64,000 bases of DNA. Origin: Yuukianura sp. NJ FZ-2021 (taxonomy: Eukaryota). A model generated the notes under the pieces. That model did no database searches. It had not been told where the DNA came from and was given only the letters and a program-made list of their open reading frames with translations. Made by a program: the position numbers and the translations under genes. The stretch is taken from assembly GCA_046563655.1 (NCBI GenBank), contig CM102289.1, positions 124,001-188,000 of the forward strand. Direction: 5' to 3'. Positions 52,048 through 64,000 of the stretch are shown here, piece by piece. Positions within the stretch are counted from its first letter, which is position 1. Every line of letters begins with the position of its first letter.

Positions 52048-54587
52048 CCTATCCAGCACTACTCCAACTCTATCACAGTAAAACAAACGTTTATCAGCTG
52101 TTAACTTAATTACTGATTTTACCAACACATCGTTTCGAAGATGATCTTACCTGGTCGGTGGACGTCTTTTAACTATGGTCAATCCCTCAGTCTTCAATTA
52201 GTTCCAATCATAAATTAACTGTTAAAATTTAGAATTAATTTTTAAAAAAGTTACATAATTTAACGGCTCTGGTTTTGGTTGAAGTAAGGTTTACGGATCA
52301 TTGTATCGTAGCCACTGCAGATAGTCCTGGTGGTTGCAAGAAGGTGGCTACCAAAGTTGGCTTCATTTACGCTTCCTTATCATACAAGCATAATCTAAAG
52401 TAGCGACATAATTTATAACAATGTAGCCAGCGTTTGCAGCCTCCAAAGTGGGGGTGGGTACATTTGTTGCTTAACTAATTACGCGTATAGCTTACTTCAG
52501 CCAAACTGGCGACGAGAGATCGCAATTCTGAGGATTAGAAGCCCCTTCTCCAGGAAAAGTACAGTCGTTGCCTAGTGTACTAAATCCGCCAAGTTCTCGG
52601 GAAAAAAAAGTGACGATTAGAAACTTCCTAAAATGTATTTACCACAATCATGAAAAATTAAAAATTTCCAAAATGTTGTTTAATTTTAAACTCCATCACA
52701 CCTTCTAACTTTCTAGCGATTACTTTTGGGAAAAAAAGCCCTGCTTATTAGACTAAAGAAATTAGGACGACTGAAAAAGTCTTCGGCGGAGCCCCAGTAG
52801 GCATACCTAGCAATCTTTTCATATACTACTGAAGATGTACGTGAAATGTGTAATTCCAAAACGGCATTACCACAATTATTATTTTGTTTGAAATACCTGC
52901 AACAAAAGTATTTACATAGCGTTTGTGCCATAAGTTAGTTTGAGGTGAGTGACCTATTTAGACTCACCTACTTGTGCTGGTAAGCTTTGTACTTATCAGT
53001 TCAAATGTTTTGTCATATGAACGTATACCTTAAAACGTAGTTTGCGGTTGACAGATTTTAATATTTTTCTTAGCTACTTTACATTATACAGCCCACCTAA
53101 TTTCAATTAATCGTCTAAACAAGTTATGACGCCAAAACAACTTTTTTTAGAGAAATTTAATCCCAAATAAAGCACAAGTCACACGAGATAAAGTCTTTTA
53201 AACATTCGGTTTATTTTCAAAATAAACAACTTTTTTCAGTTTGGTGGGAAAATATGGGAGTTTGTTCCAGGTTGCAACACTGCAAATTTGGGTGCAGTCA
53301 TGTGAGCCAATTGAACTTCTCAGTCAGAATTAAATTACATCACGTGATTTTAAAAATGGAAACTTTTTAGAGCTAAGCCTCTGCTAAAACCTAAACAGAA
53401 GTTTCCGTTTTTAGCAATTTTGACGGGAATGAATGTAAAAGTTATGCGAAATGGCGCTTAAGTTGTGAACGTCAATCAGACTAAATTTGTGAGAGATTGA
53501 GTGATTTGCGTTGGAGTGCATAAGAATGGTGGATGTTTAATTGGAAGAGTGTGCTGTTCGTGGTGCTTCTTCCAGATTAGATGTCAAGGTTTCTGTCCGT
53601 GACATGCATAAATTTAAATTGAAAATTTAAAACTTCAATCGCTTGAACACTTAAACAATTGGCAGAGTCAGACGAGGCAGGTTGAGCACAACCTACAATT
53701 TCCTCATTTATCTCCACTTGCACTTCTGCACTCATAGCATATCCTCAGTCACTCTGCAAAACTCCACACGTCAACATTCAGCATCCGCGTAAGCATTTTC
53801 TACTTTTTCAAAATTTCAAATTTTAGAAGAAATTTATGTTCTTTGTTATACGGGGGTGTTTAGTCACGAGCTATACGCATGCGCACTCCAAATATTGCAA
53901 TACCGCTCAAAGTTAAAGTCCAGCGTCACTTTGGACCAAACTTGATTTGTTTTTCTTTTTAAACTTTGACTAATTTTTTAAACGAAAGAACGTCGAAGGT
54001 GAAATACGTCAAATGTCTGTTTTGATTTAGTTCGCACTTGTGGTTTGGTTGAAGGAGTGAAGTAGTCTGTTGATGGATCAGTTTCTTGAGACTTTTGGAC
54101 TTAATTACAATTAACAGTCACCACACCACGGACAGAGATTAAAACAACTTATTTTTAGACACGCTTCATCTCACTCCAGAATCCTGGAGAGGGATTAAGC
54201 ACATCTCCAAGTTGCATCTCCAACATTAACTTTCTCACTTCAGTCCACCAAATAAAAGCTCACTATATTTTCCGTTCGACGCTCAGCCTTTAGCAACACT
54301 CAGTTTTCAATTTTCTGAACTTTAATTTCTCGGTTTTTTGGCATCTTTTTTAGTATTTGACGTTTTCTGTCATTTTTGGTGTTAAGAAAGTAGCGAAAGT
54401 TTGAAAATCTTTGGCTGCTATGAAACCTCTGTTTTTTCAAGAAGCATCTCAAATGGGATCGGTGTAAGCTAATGGCTTCATGTCACGTCAGCGCACTTTT
54501 GAAAGTTTGATTCTCTCAAGATTAGTTTTTAGTCTAAAATTGCACTTTTTGATGAAATGTGTGAAATTTCCTGTTTTTTTTAGGAAA

Positions 54588-56716
54588 ATGATGGGAAGGA
54601 ATCGATTTCTATCTTCAGACAGCGTGACCTTGGAGGAAGCAATTACAGCCTACGAGAAACTGAAGAAAGGCAGGGACTTTCCCAAGTTTCTGCGCATTGT
54701 GTCTGAAAATGAGAGTCAGGAGGAGTCGCCTAGCAACTCCATCAAATCAACAAGTGAAACCGAACTCACTGACCCCAAATTCTCCAGTGGACTATTGAAG
54801 CACATCAACTTGTTTCAGCACTTCGATCACTCCAAGGTACTTTGAATCCAAAGTTTGTTTTTAACAGGTTATACCATAACTATTTTTTCTTTTACATTTT
54901 AGTACTCTTACTATTCTGCGGAGAGAGACCTCTTACAAGCTGCGACTCTGCCAGATCTAGCTCCGAACTACTCTTCCCTCCTCACTGCCTCCAACTTCTG
55001 GTTGAACATCACGAATCCAGATGAGGCAGACATCATCTTCCTCAGACAGACGTTCGATGTCAATGAAATCGTTTTATCTGAGATTCAAGAGGGAAATGCA
55101 GAAGAGAAAGTGGAGACTTTTCGCCAACACACCTTCATCTCATTCAGACTCCTCGGACAACAACAGGAACTCGGAAGTCAGGCCGCCGGAAGGGATTCGG
55201 GCAAGTCACTTTTACAATTCTCACTTTTAGCATTTTTGGTCTCATGTCATACTTAAAAACATTCTCATACGACATTGTCCGTCTGTCTGTCCTTCCGTCG
55301 CGTTTTAAAAATAAATGTCGTGGTTTCAGAAATAAGACGGACAGACGAACAATGTTGTGTCAATAGTCTTCTGGGAACGTATTTCTATCCTATCCTTAGG
55401 AAGAATAATAATGCAACTTTGTACGTCTGCCTGTCTGTCTGTGTGTTTTAAAATTACAACGAAGGTAAATTTTAAAAATGTTTTTTTTTTGTTTTTCATT
55501 AGACATGGCCTTCAACATGATCATGTTCAAAGACTTTATCATCACGACGCACAAGAATTCGTGGGACAGCATCCCCAACATCCTCTCATTCATTTCCATG
55601 ATTTGTAAAAGTGGCAAAGAAGAACTGAAGCCAGAATGGGTTTTGTTTTCAATTCTGGTAGAATTGAGTCAAGATGCCAAATTCTTACTGGATGTGATGG
55701 AACCGGAAATCGACAACATTCGGATCGGTAGTAAAAGTTTGGCCGAAATGTCGAATGTGATGCGACGGAACTTTGACATGGAATTTCAAATTTACAAAAT
55801 CAATGCCTTCATTACCCCCAAAGTTGACGTTCTCAGGCAGCTCCTCAACTCGTCAACACACTCTAGCCGCATCTCTGAAAAAATGCAAAAGCATCTGAGA
55901 GACGCACAAGAAGAATTCGTTGGACTGCTGGATCACCTGAAGAATTTTACGCATATTGTAGAGAGAAGTCAGGATACGATTCTGGCTCTGGCCAATGTGG
56001 AGCATGCGCGACTCGCAAATGGACTCGCAATTGCCATGAACAGAATTGGAGAAATAGCTCTCGTCTTCCTTCCTGTTCAAGGTTTGTTTTTAGTTTTTGG
56101 CATTCGTCGTTTCAAACTCTCGCTACTTTCTTAACAACGTTTTTAGTTTTTGGCATTTGTTGTTTCAAACTGTCGCTACTTTCTTAACAACGTTGTTAGT
56201 TTTTGGCATTTGCTGCCATTTTTGTTGTTAAGAAAGTAGCGAAAGTTAGGAAAATCTTTGGCTACTACAAAACCTCTGTTTTTTTTCAAGAATGATCTTA
56301 AGTATCTAAGAACTTTTTTTTTAAAGTTTTGTATAATTCGTCTTGTTTAAATTGCAGCTCTAGCTGGATTTTTCGGGATGAATGTGAAAGTGCCTTTCCA
56401 GAGCTACGAGTCGACGACTGCCTTTTGGTGCATCGCTTTGATTTCTTTTTTGATTGCGGTTGCAGTTTACGCTAGAAGCAGAAGTTTATCAGTTAAATCA
56501 GAAGTGACTCCACTTCCGGTGAAACTCAGAGGAGATCTTCTGCATGAAAACGAATCAGAAAAGGCGGGAGACTTCACAGACGCACATCACACTCTGCTCG
56601 GCAAAACCAAGAAAAGAAATGCCTTTACAAAGCTCAAGTGCAATCCAGTTTACACGAGAGTTGCTTCGATGTGTAGCAAAAATAACACGCAGTCGCACTC
56701 CGACCATCATGTCTGA
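54588..56716 (+). CDS. CorA-family Mg2+ channel, fungal ALR1/MNR2-like; exons ~54588-54836, 54903-55200, 55503-56080, 56358-56716
   Basis: FWLNITNP, EEKVETFRQHTFISFR, long helical stalk, then LVFLPVQALAGFFGMNVKVPF (GMN signature) and a second TM FWCIALISFLIAVAVY. Confidence 0.85.
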
Positions 56717-57053
56717 CTCACCAATTTTCTTTCATCTCCCACCAATCACCGGTTTCCAAATAAATTTATCAACATTTCAAAATTTCAGAGTTTTCAGAAG
56801 TTTTTCAGAGAAACACAAAAGATTGCAAGTTTTCACAAACATATTTGCTGAAAGAAATTTCCAATTTTCCGACAGTTTCAGACCAATTTTCTTCCCTTCA
56901 GATTTTCAGAGAAGTTTCAGAAAGATTCCTTAGCGGAAACTTGAGATTTTTAAAGTTTCTGCAAAATTAATTTTCCAGAAAATTTTTCAAGGAAATTGGA
57001 GAAATTTTTAACACTGCAATTTTTTTTATTGTAAAAAGTATTGAAAAAATTAG

Positions 57054-59450
57054 CTAAACCGTCGTTGTATTTTTTGAATTTGCCACTGCTGTGACTATTC
57101 TGCTTTCCTCTGCATAGTGTTGAATGGAGTATTCTGGCGGGAGTTGCTGCGATGGTTTGAAATTTGCACGGACAGTTTTGAAGGGAGGAACTGATGGAGA
57201 TTGCGCAGTGGGGGCAGTGGGAGAGTAGCTCACAGTGTTTCCATAGTCTTTGGATCCCAGATCGTAGGGATGCGTAGTTGTTTGAGCACGGGGTAAGTTG
57301 TTGTGCGGAATTTGAGCCAGCAGTTTTTGAATTCCTAAAGCTGTTGGTCTAATTCCGACTCCCGGAGTTTCCAAGTACACAATTCCCCCAGATTTCTTAG
57401 AAGTGGCAGAAGGAGAGGGAAAATTTTGGAAATTTGAATTTTGGTGGGACTTTGAATTTTGAGTTGGTGATGCTGAAAAGTAAGAAAGTTGTGGAGGAAG
57501 ATCCTCCACTTCCTCCAAAACATAGTGTTCACCAGGATGCAGTTGTGTTCCAAGAATCTCCCTGTTTTCAAAACTTTGTGTATTTTCAAAATTTTGGTTT
57601 TTTAAATGTTTGAATTCCTGATGGCCGTATTCTGCTGGTCCTGCTCTAAATAATTCCGTTGGCAAAAGCCGACTGTTTCTGGGCGTCTGAGCTGGAATTT
57701 GTGTTTGTTCAAAGCTTTTTGAAAATGTTGGATTCAAATTTCCGGCTGGTTGGTGGTGGTAGTCATCAGATTCAAAGTTAGAATTTTTCAAAAACGAAAC
57801 ATGATGATTCGTGTGTAAGTCGGGAGAAAGTCGAGATGGCTTCTGCGGTTGTGCAATTTGAAATTGTTGTTTAGTTTGTGGAATGGACGGAGGATTTGTA
57901 GCAGGCCCCGCCCTTTGACCCCACGACACAGGAGCGTAGTGTGCCGTTTGGTGAAAGTAGTTGATTTTGTCGTAGATGCTGTTTGGAGTTGATCGAGGAT
58001 TCTGATTGGCTGTTGAGTGAAATGGAGGACTGTGATTGGCTGTCGAGTGAAATGGAGGGTTCTGATTGGCTGTCGAGTGAAATGGAGGGTTCTGATTGGT
58101 GGAAACTGTTGGCCCAAAAATGGCTCGTTTGAAAGTTTGATACTGCGGAGTTGGAGATGGTTTTGGATTCAATGGAGGCTGTTCAGTAGAAACTTTTTGA
58201 AATGCTGGATGAGCTGTCGGAGAGTGTGCGTAATTCGAGTAGTTTGGCGGAGAGTTTTCTATTGGTTGGTTTTTGAAATACTGCTTTCCTATTGGTTGTT
58301 TGAAATTCTGTTTTCCTATTGGTTGCTTCAAATGTTGGTGAGTGTTGACCTCTCCTGACCTGTGTTCTGAATAGTAGTGAAGTGATGGGGACAAACTGGG
58401 ATGGACTCTTGCCCCACTGGAGGAGAAAGTGCGGAATTTGAATGCTGGTGGGGCCGATGGCGGGGCATGGTGGACTTGGTGGGGCACTGCGGTGGGTTTA
58501 GTTGCAGAAATGGGTTGGTGTTGAGGTTCTGAATGTTCTTGAGAGTGTGCAATTGCACTGCCTTCCCCCTCGTACGTGACATCCGCCTTGAAACCAGTTT
58601 TCCCATCAGCAGTATACCGAACCACCTCAACGTAAAATAAAATTTAAGCATAACAAACTTTAGTTACAACAATTTTTTTTTCAAAATTCAAAAAATTAAA
58701 AAAAAAGTGCTTGTTGAAAACGAATTTTGACTGCATTCTTCTTACCTGTAAACGACCGTCAGGTAATAAAACCTAAAAAATTAAAAGTTAGACAAATTCG
58801 AACTCATGCAAAACTTTCTCTTTGTTAAAATCAAAATTTAGTGAAAATTTGTTAAATTTAGTACCTTGTACTCTCCCATGGTGACTTTGCCATCTCTGCT
58901 TTCTTTGTGTGATAGATTGAAGTCGTCACTTACGGGAGTGTAGCCATTCTTCGGTCGAACTGCATATGCAAAAGCATATTTCTTCCCTTCCTAAACTCAA
59001 TATTTTGTTGAGATCACAATTTAACCAAAACAAATTCTTTAACTACAATTTTAACAAATTGAGATTCAAACTTTGTACCGTTTGATCTTCCAGATGCTGT
59101 GTAGTGACATCTGTAGTGGGGCGATAGTGAATTGGTGGAAGTGGCGTTGCGGCTGAATGTTGGCCAATTCTTTTGCTGCTTCTTTTGACTCCTGCCACTC
59201 TGAACACTTTTAACTGTCCATTTGGCCCTCGCTTGACTACATATTCAACGTTATTCGGATTGATTCCTAATCCCGCATTGGCGAGGAGCTGCGAAGACGC
59301 AGAGTCGTAAGTGGTTCCGTATTTTTGAATGTTGAGGTCGTTCCGAGATGCGTAGAGTGCAGATCGCACGGAACTTTCTCCTCTAAACTGATTGGAGAAA
59401 GCTGTTTTCTTCCGGAGACAACAAGAACATGGCAAACCAAGATCAAAATC
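57054..59450 (-). CDS. Cuticular protein with R&R chitin-binding domain and long low-complexity C-terminus (5' end not resolved)
   Basis: Spliced YAFAYAV...HKESRDGKVTMGEYK|VLLPDGRLQ|VVRYTADGKTGFKADVTYEG; internal repeats TANQNPPFHS and QPIGKQxFK. Confidence 0.78.
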
Positions 59451-61267
59451 TGCAAACATTTAAAAAAGTAAACAGACACGAAATTAAACATGATTCGAGA
59501 CAGCAAAATTGCAACTCACACTAAAACAAAATTACTGACATGAAAACCTAAGTTTTTAAAGTAGTTTTTAAAAGTAACTTGAACTTTCACTTGTTAAATT
59601 GAGTGTGAAATTGGTTGATTGAAGATGTTTTAGTTTTAAACTGACCCTGCTTAGAAGTTGTGGTTTGTTGGTTGGTGCACAAGTGTGTTTCCCTCCAACA
59701 CCCATGTTGACTTTCGAGGTCAAAGGTCAATTCCACTCGATCTAAAGTGATTTAGGCAGTTACAGTCCAGTACTTTGGCTACTCCTCCAACAACTGACCC
59801 ACTGAGGCTGTAAAAAGTAGAAGTGAGGTTGAAGATGTGTGTAATCAGTGGAACGATCTCCAATTGATGAGCAATTGTTGGCGTAACAAACAAAAAATCA
59901 AAAGTTCCCACCAAAGTACAATTGCTTCTCCTTTGTTTCTTATGCTTTGACCTCAGTCAGCGGAAACACTCCGCCTCTACAGATTTCAAAACACAAACTG
60001 AATCAAAGTTAGGCAACAACACTCCTTTATAAACATCTTCAACTGTGTAAAACACCCAAAACACTCAATTTAAAACACCCAAAACACCCAGTTCTAACTC
60101 AATTGTTGTAAACCAAATGTAAGACACCATCAACTGCAAACCTTTTCCTAGGTTAACATTCTTCTTAGCCTTATTTTCAATTAGTTACTCCCTCGAATGG
60201 ATGTTAAAATTTTGAATTGCCAGTGGAATTTAACAACAATTTTACTAGGAATTAGTTTTCCCCAAGGTATGAGAAACGTTGGGCCTTAAATCCAGTGTTA
60301 AATTTCAAGTATATTTTAACAAGTTTTTGTGAATTTGACATTCAATTAGAACTAATTCACAATAAAATCATTGAAAATTTAAACTTTTTTTAAGAAAATG
60401 AGAAAATTGGAGTTAAGAGGGAAACCATTTTTGGATTTTAGAGTGTAAAGTTTGATTAGAGTTGGAATTAGTTTCCCAGCGTGTCTTTTGTGTTTAATTT
60501 TGCAGAGAAACAATGGAATACGGAACTTGATTGTGCAATGGACTTTGTTAGCTTTGCGGAAGGAAAAGTTGAAAAGTGAATCTGAAGTGTAAATAGTGGA
60601 CATTTAAATTTGGATTTGGCGGGAGCAAAGTCAAAGTGTTAAGGAGGGAAAGTGGAATCTGTGTGTCGCATAGCGTCAGTTTCCCAGTCGTCACTTGAGA
60701 TTGTGATCTCTGATTCTTTGTCACTCCACAATTGACTGTGGGAATTTAAATGTTATACAAACAGTACAATACGTTCCATCAACTCACCCTGGGAAAATAC
60801 ATGTTATATAAATAAGTTAATGTGTTTCATTAATGCGTGAGAGCGGAAGGAAGTAACGACAACTGTAGCCACAAAGTTTCTCCGTCGCATTGTTCCACAA
60901 AATTTAGTCACAAAAAAGTTAAGCCATTCCTGAGATACGCGTTGACGAAAAGACAGACAAACAAAACCAAACTATAAAGTAGTTTTCGCTGCTTATTAAA
61001 AGTGATAGACTGGGGCGTAGGTAAGTAGCGAAAGAGGAACTGTTTTTTTTATTCTCTCATTTTTCGTAGTACAAAATTAGAGTTGAGATTGTATATAAAT
61101 GGTATTGAATGTAGAAGTGCAGCAGCGTCCGCTCTCCATCCAACTTTCTCTCCACAATCCACAACTTTCACCATCAATTTCCTAAATTTAAAATAAAAGT
61201 ATTTGGTAAAGGAGTGTTCCTTGACTTGATTTGTTAATTACATAATTAGTTAAGTTTACCTTAGTTT

Positions 61268-61441
61268 TTAGTATTTGAGAATGATGTAGACAGCATGGAT
61301 GATGCCTGGGATGTAGCCAAGGAGTGTAAGGCAAATGTTAATCAGAAGGTCACAGCCACACCCCTTCTCCAGCAACACCCCGATGGGGGGCAGGAAGATT
61401 GCCAACAACAGTTTGCAAATGTCACTGCACGTAAACGCCAT
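61268..61441 (-). CDS. Pmp3/UPF0057 plasma-membrane proteolipid, 57 aa, intronless (not in the ORF track)
   Basis: MAFTCSDICKLLLAIFLPPIGVLLEKGCGCDLLINICLTLLGYIPGIIHAVYIILKY*; LPPxGV and LTLLGYIPGIIHA are the family signature. Confidence 0.92.
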   Translation of the reverse strand: MAFTCSDICKLLLAIFLPPIGVLLEKGCGCDLLINICLTLLGYIPGIIHAVYIILKY

Positions 61442-62091
61442 TTCTCAATTCAAGATTTCCAAAAGTGACAAAATTACTTTTTAATTTCTGAGTTTGTGCT
61501 TTCAATGTCGCTACTTTTCCTGAACCTTGCTCCTGATTTCGTTAAAGTTCTTCTACTAATTCCTGAAATTAATTTGAGCGACACCGCACCGCAACGTGAG
61601 TGTTTTATGGAGAGACTGTGACTAATTCCTGCTCAAATTACTAACACCTCTCTTTTTCCTTAAAATATGCGCTAACTCTCCCTCTGCACTGTCGTCACTA
61701 CACCCACTCATCCAGGATGTTACGTTCTAAATTAGTCAACACTCAAAGTCATACTTTTAAACACCGACTAAACATGCTCAATGTTCCATTTCAAAAATAA
61801 TCTTATCTGTATACTTTCATACAACTTTATCTCCAGAGCATCCGTCATCCTCGGATTTTGTCAAGGTGCCAAAAACTGAAAAAGAATTCAACTCCTTGTG
61901 AAATCCCAGCATAACTGGGTGATTCCAAGGATTTTTGAAGGTTGAATTGGTAATGACAGGAGATGGCGTCACCAAAACACAAATGACTCACAAATGACAT
62001 CTCAACTTCTCAACTACAATTCACTTACGCCCTCAGTCAAATACGTTTTTCAAAAACCAAAACAATTGACATACTAAACTATTGAGTTTTT

Positions 62092-62188
62092 AATAATATT
62101 TGCAATAATATTTTCAATAATATTTGCAATAATATTTGCAATAATATTTGCAATAATATTTGCAATAATATTTTCAATAATATTTTGA
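62092..62188. repeat. 12-bp minisatellite (AATAATATTTGC)n
   Basis: About 8 tandem copies visible. Confidence 0.85.
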
Positions 62189-62791
62189 ATAGCTCATGTT
62201 CCAATCAGATTACTCTTAGACGCGAATTTTGGCTGAAATTGATGTTTTGCAGAAAGAATCAAAACAAATGTAGGAATGAAAACAAATTCCACGAACTTTG
62301 ATTTGCTAATCTTTGACATGAAAAATATGAACAACTTTATGACAAAACAGCAAAATTCGACACAATTTGAAAATTAGTTAATCTTGATGGACTACAAATT
62401 CAAACTAAAAAGTTGTTGACGCAGTGGACGTGTTGAAGTTGTTGTTTCCACTAATTTATCAGTTCCGCTGGAAATGCTGTTTTTCGAAATAAGCATTTCC
62501 AACATCCCGCTGCAAAATACAAAAATAACATCAACAATCCAACTGCGCATCTTGCTACGTGACCAAGAATTGATCAATCTCTGGAATATTTTTCCAGTTT
62601 AATCCAAAACATACAAACAGTATAAAACAAACGACTTTGGTTGCATTGTCAGGCCAAGTCTACTTTCCGAAAAACCACAATTTCACACAAACCTACCAAA
62701 GAACTTTAAAAAGTCTTTCCAATTTTTAATTTTGAACTTTGAAAAATCTTTCCAATTTTTAACTTTGAACAAATTTTGGAGCTTGAGCAAA

Positions 62792-63205
62792 ATGAATAAA
62801 CAAATTCTGCTAATTGCTATCCTGTTTGCAACTGTTGCATTTGTTGCCAGTGCCCGTGCTAGAGGAGTTGCCGCTGGTGAGTCATTTAAATTTTTAAATT
62901 TTGAATTCAAATTTTGAATTTGAAAATTTCATTGAAATTTCAGGATCTTCGAAAGATGGTGAAAAGGAGGTTGTTGTGAAAGCAGAGAAAGAAGGAAACT
63001 CAAAGGCTCTTGGTTGGTTTCCTTGTCCTGGAAACTGTGGACACATTGGCTGTTACTATCCACCCTACTACTACTGTAACCCATATTACAATTTCAAAAA
63101 AAAAAAATCAAATTTTCAAAATTTTCAAAACAGTTAATGTAGAACAATATTGTTTCAGGTACGTGCTACTTGCCATACTGCGACAGTTGCTACTGCCACA
63201 ACTAA
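62792..63205 (+). CDS. Small secreted Cys/Tyr-rich peptide precursor; exons ~62792-62876, 62944-63075, 63159-63205
   Basis: Signal peptide MNKQILLIAILFATVAFVASA, charged pro-region, then LGWFPCPGNCGHIGCYYPPYYYCTCYLPYCDSCYCHN*; TATAAA at ~62621 and AATAAA at ~63306. Confidence 0.75.
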
Positions 63206-63633
63206 AACTACAAAGCACTGCTACACAATACGATACTGAGATTTTTAGTTTTCTAAAAATTATCATAAGTTAAAAACATTGTATTTAGTAATTTATATTC
63301 GTAGAAATAAAAACAGTGTAGACTAAAAGCAGAAATTTGTGAATTTCTATTCCTCATGACTTTTTTTTATTGTGTTGTGAACACGATGCCTGGAGAAAGT
63401 GACCGAGTGCTGGAGAATCTGTGTTCGGGAGAAGATTTTGATAGGGTGGATCAATACATTCGAATTCCTGGACACTTTCACTCTCCACTTTCTCTGCGCA
63501 TCTCAACATGATCACAATCACAGTGGAAATCAAAAGTTATAAAAAGTATTGCCAGTACTGGAAGTATTTCCAGTATTTAGTCAACTGTTTAGAATCAACT
63601 ACAACATTGGTGAATCACATCAACTGTTGTAAG

Positions 63634-64000
63634 ATGCCGATCAGAGAGAGTGAGAGTCAGACGAGTGGAGATTTGTCCAGTGTTTTCTCCATGCCCCTCA
63701 GTCGCTCTCTGCCCAACCCATTTCCATGGCAACCACCAACACTCTCAGCCAGTCGATGGCCATCTCTCACCGGCAGAACCTCAATCTGGACAAAGTCAAC
63801 ATTTCAAACAATTTGTCTATATTTCTAACATTTCAAACACTTTTACTCATTTCACTTTTGGTTTTTGAAAAATGAGTGACTTAAACTTTGAATTGCAGGT
63901 ATTGTCTACTGTGTACTGCGTGTGGTACTGCTGCAACTCTCCTCGCAGCCATTTTCCTCATCATCGCTGCTCTTCTGCGCTACCACACTACGTCTATCTA
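63634..64000 (+). CDS. 5' part of a probable membrane protein, truncated by the window end
   Basis: ...MPLSRSLPNPF...SIWTK splices in phase to YCLLCTACGTAATLLAAIFLIIAALLRYHTTSI (hydrophobic helix); start codon uncertain. Confidence 0.45.

Noticed and set aside
54420..54465. Upstream ATG exon for the CorA-like gene
   Set aside because: It lies in a dispersed repeat also present at ~56216-56290, so it is unlikely to be a true coding exon.

Overview
AT-rich, gene-dense eukaryotic genomic DNA with many short GT-AG introns. Gene content (Wnt7, Cad86C-like cadherin, R&R cuticle protein, Tret1-like transporter, TTAGG-containing repeats) indicates an arthropod; a springtail-like soil hexapod is my inference, not established. 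About 20 spliced protein-coding genes can be reconstructed by hand. The window also holds one intact BEL/Pao LTR retrotransposon (apparently identical 376-bp LTRs, 5-bp TSD) and several MITE-like elements. The most striking feature is a concentration of microbial-type genes sitting among ordinary animal genes: a class I terpene synthase with one intron, arranged head-to-head with a signal-peptide-bearing SEC14/CRAL-TRIO lipid carrier; an intronless secreted intradiol ring-cleavage dioxygenase; a soluble bacterial-type UDP-glycosyltransferase; a fungal ALR1/MNR2-like CorA Mg2+ channel; and a Pmp3 proteolipid missed by the ORF track. There are also unclassified secreted peptides, including an 8-Cys Tyr-rich peptide. 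All family calls come from motif recognition by eye; no searches were run, and exon boundaries are manual.
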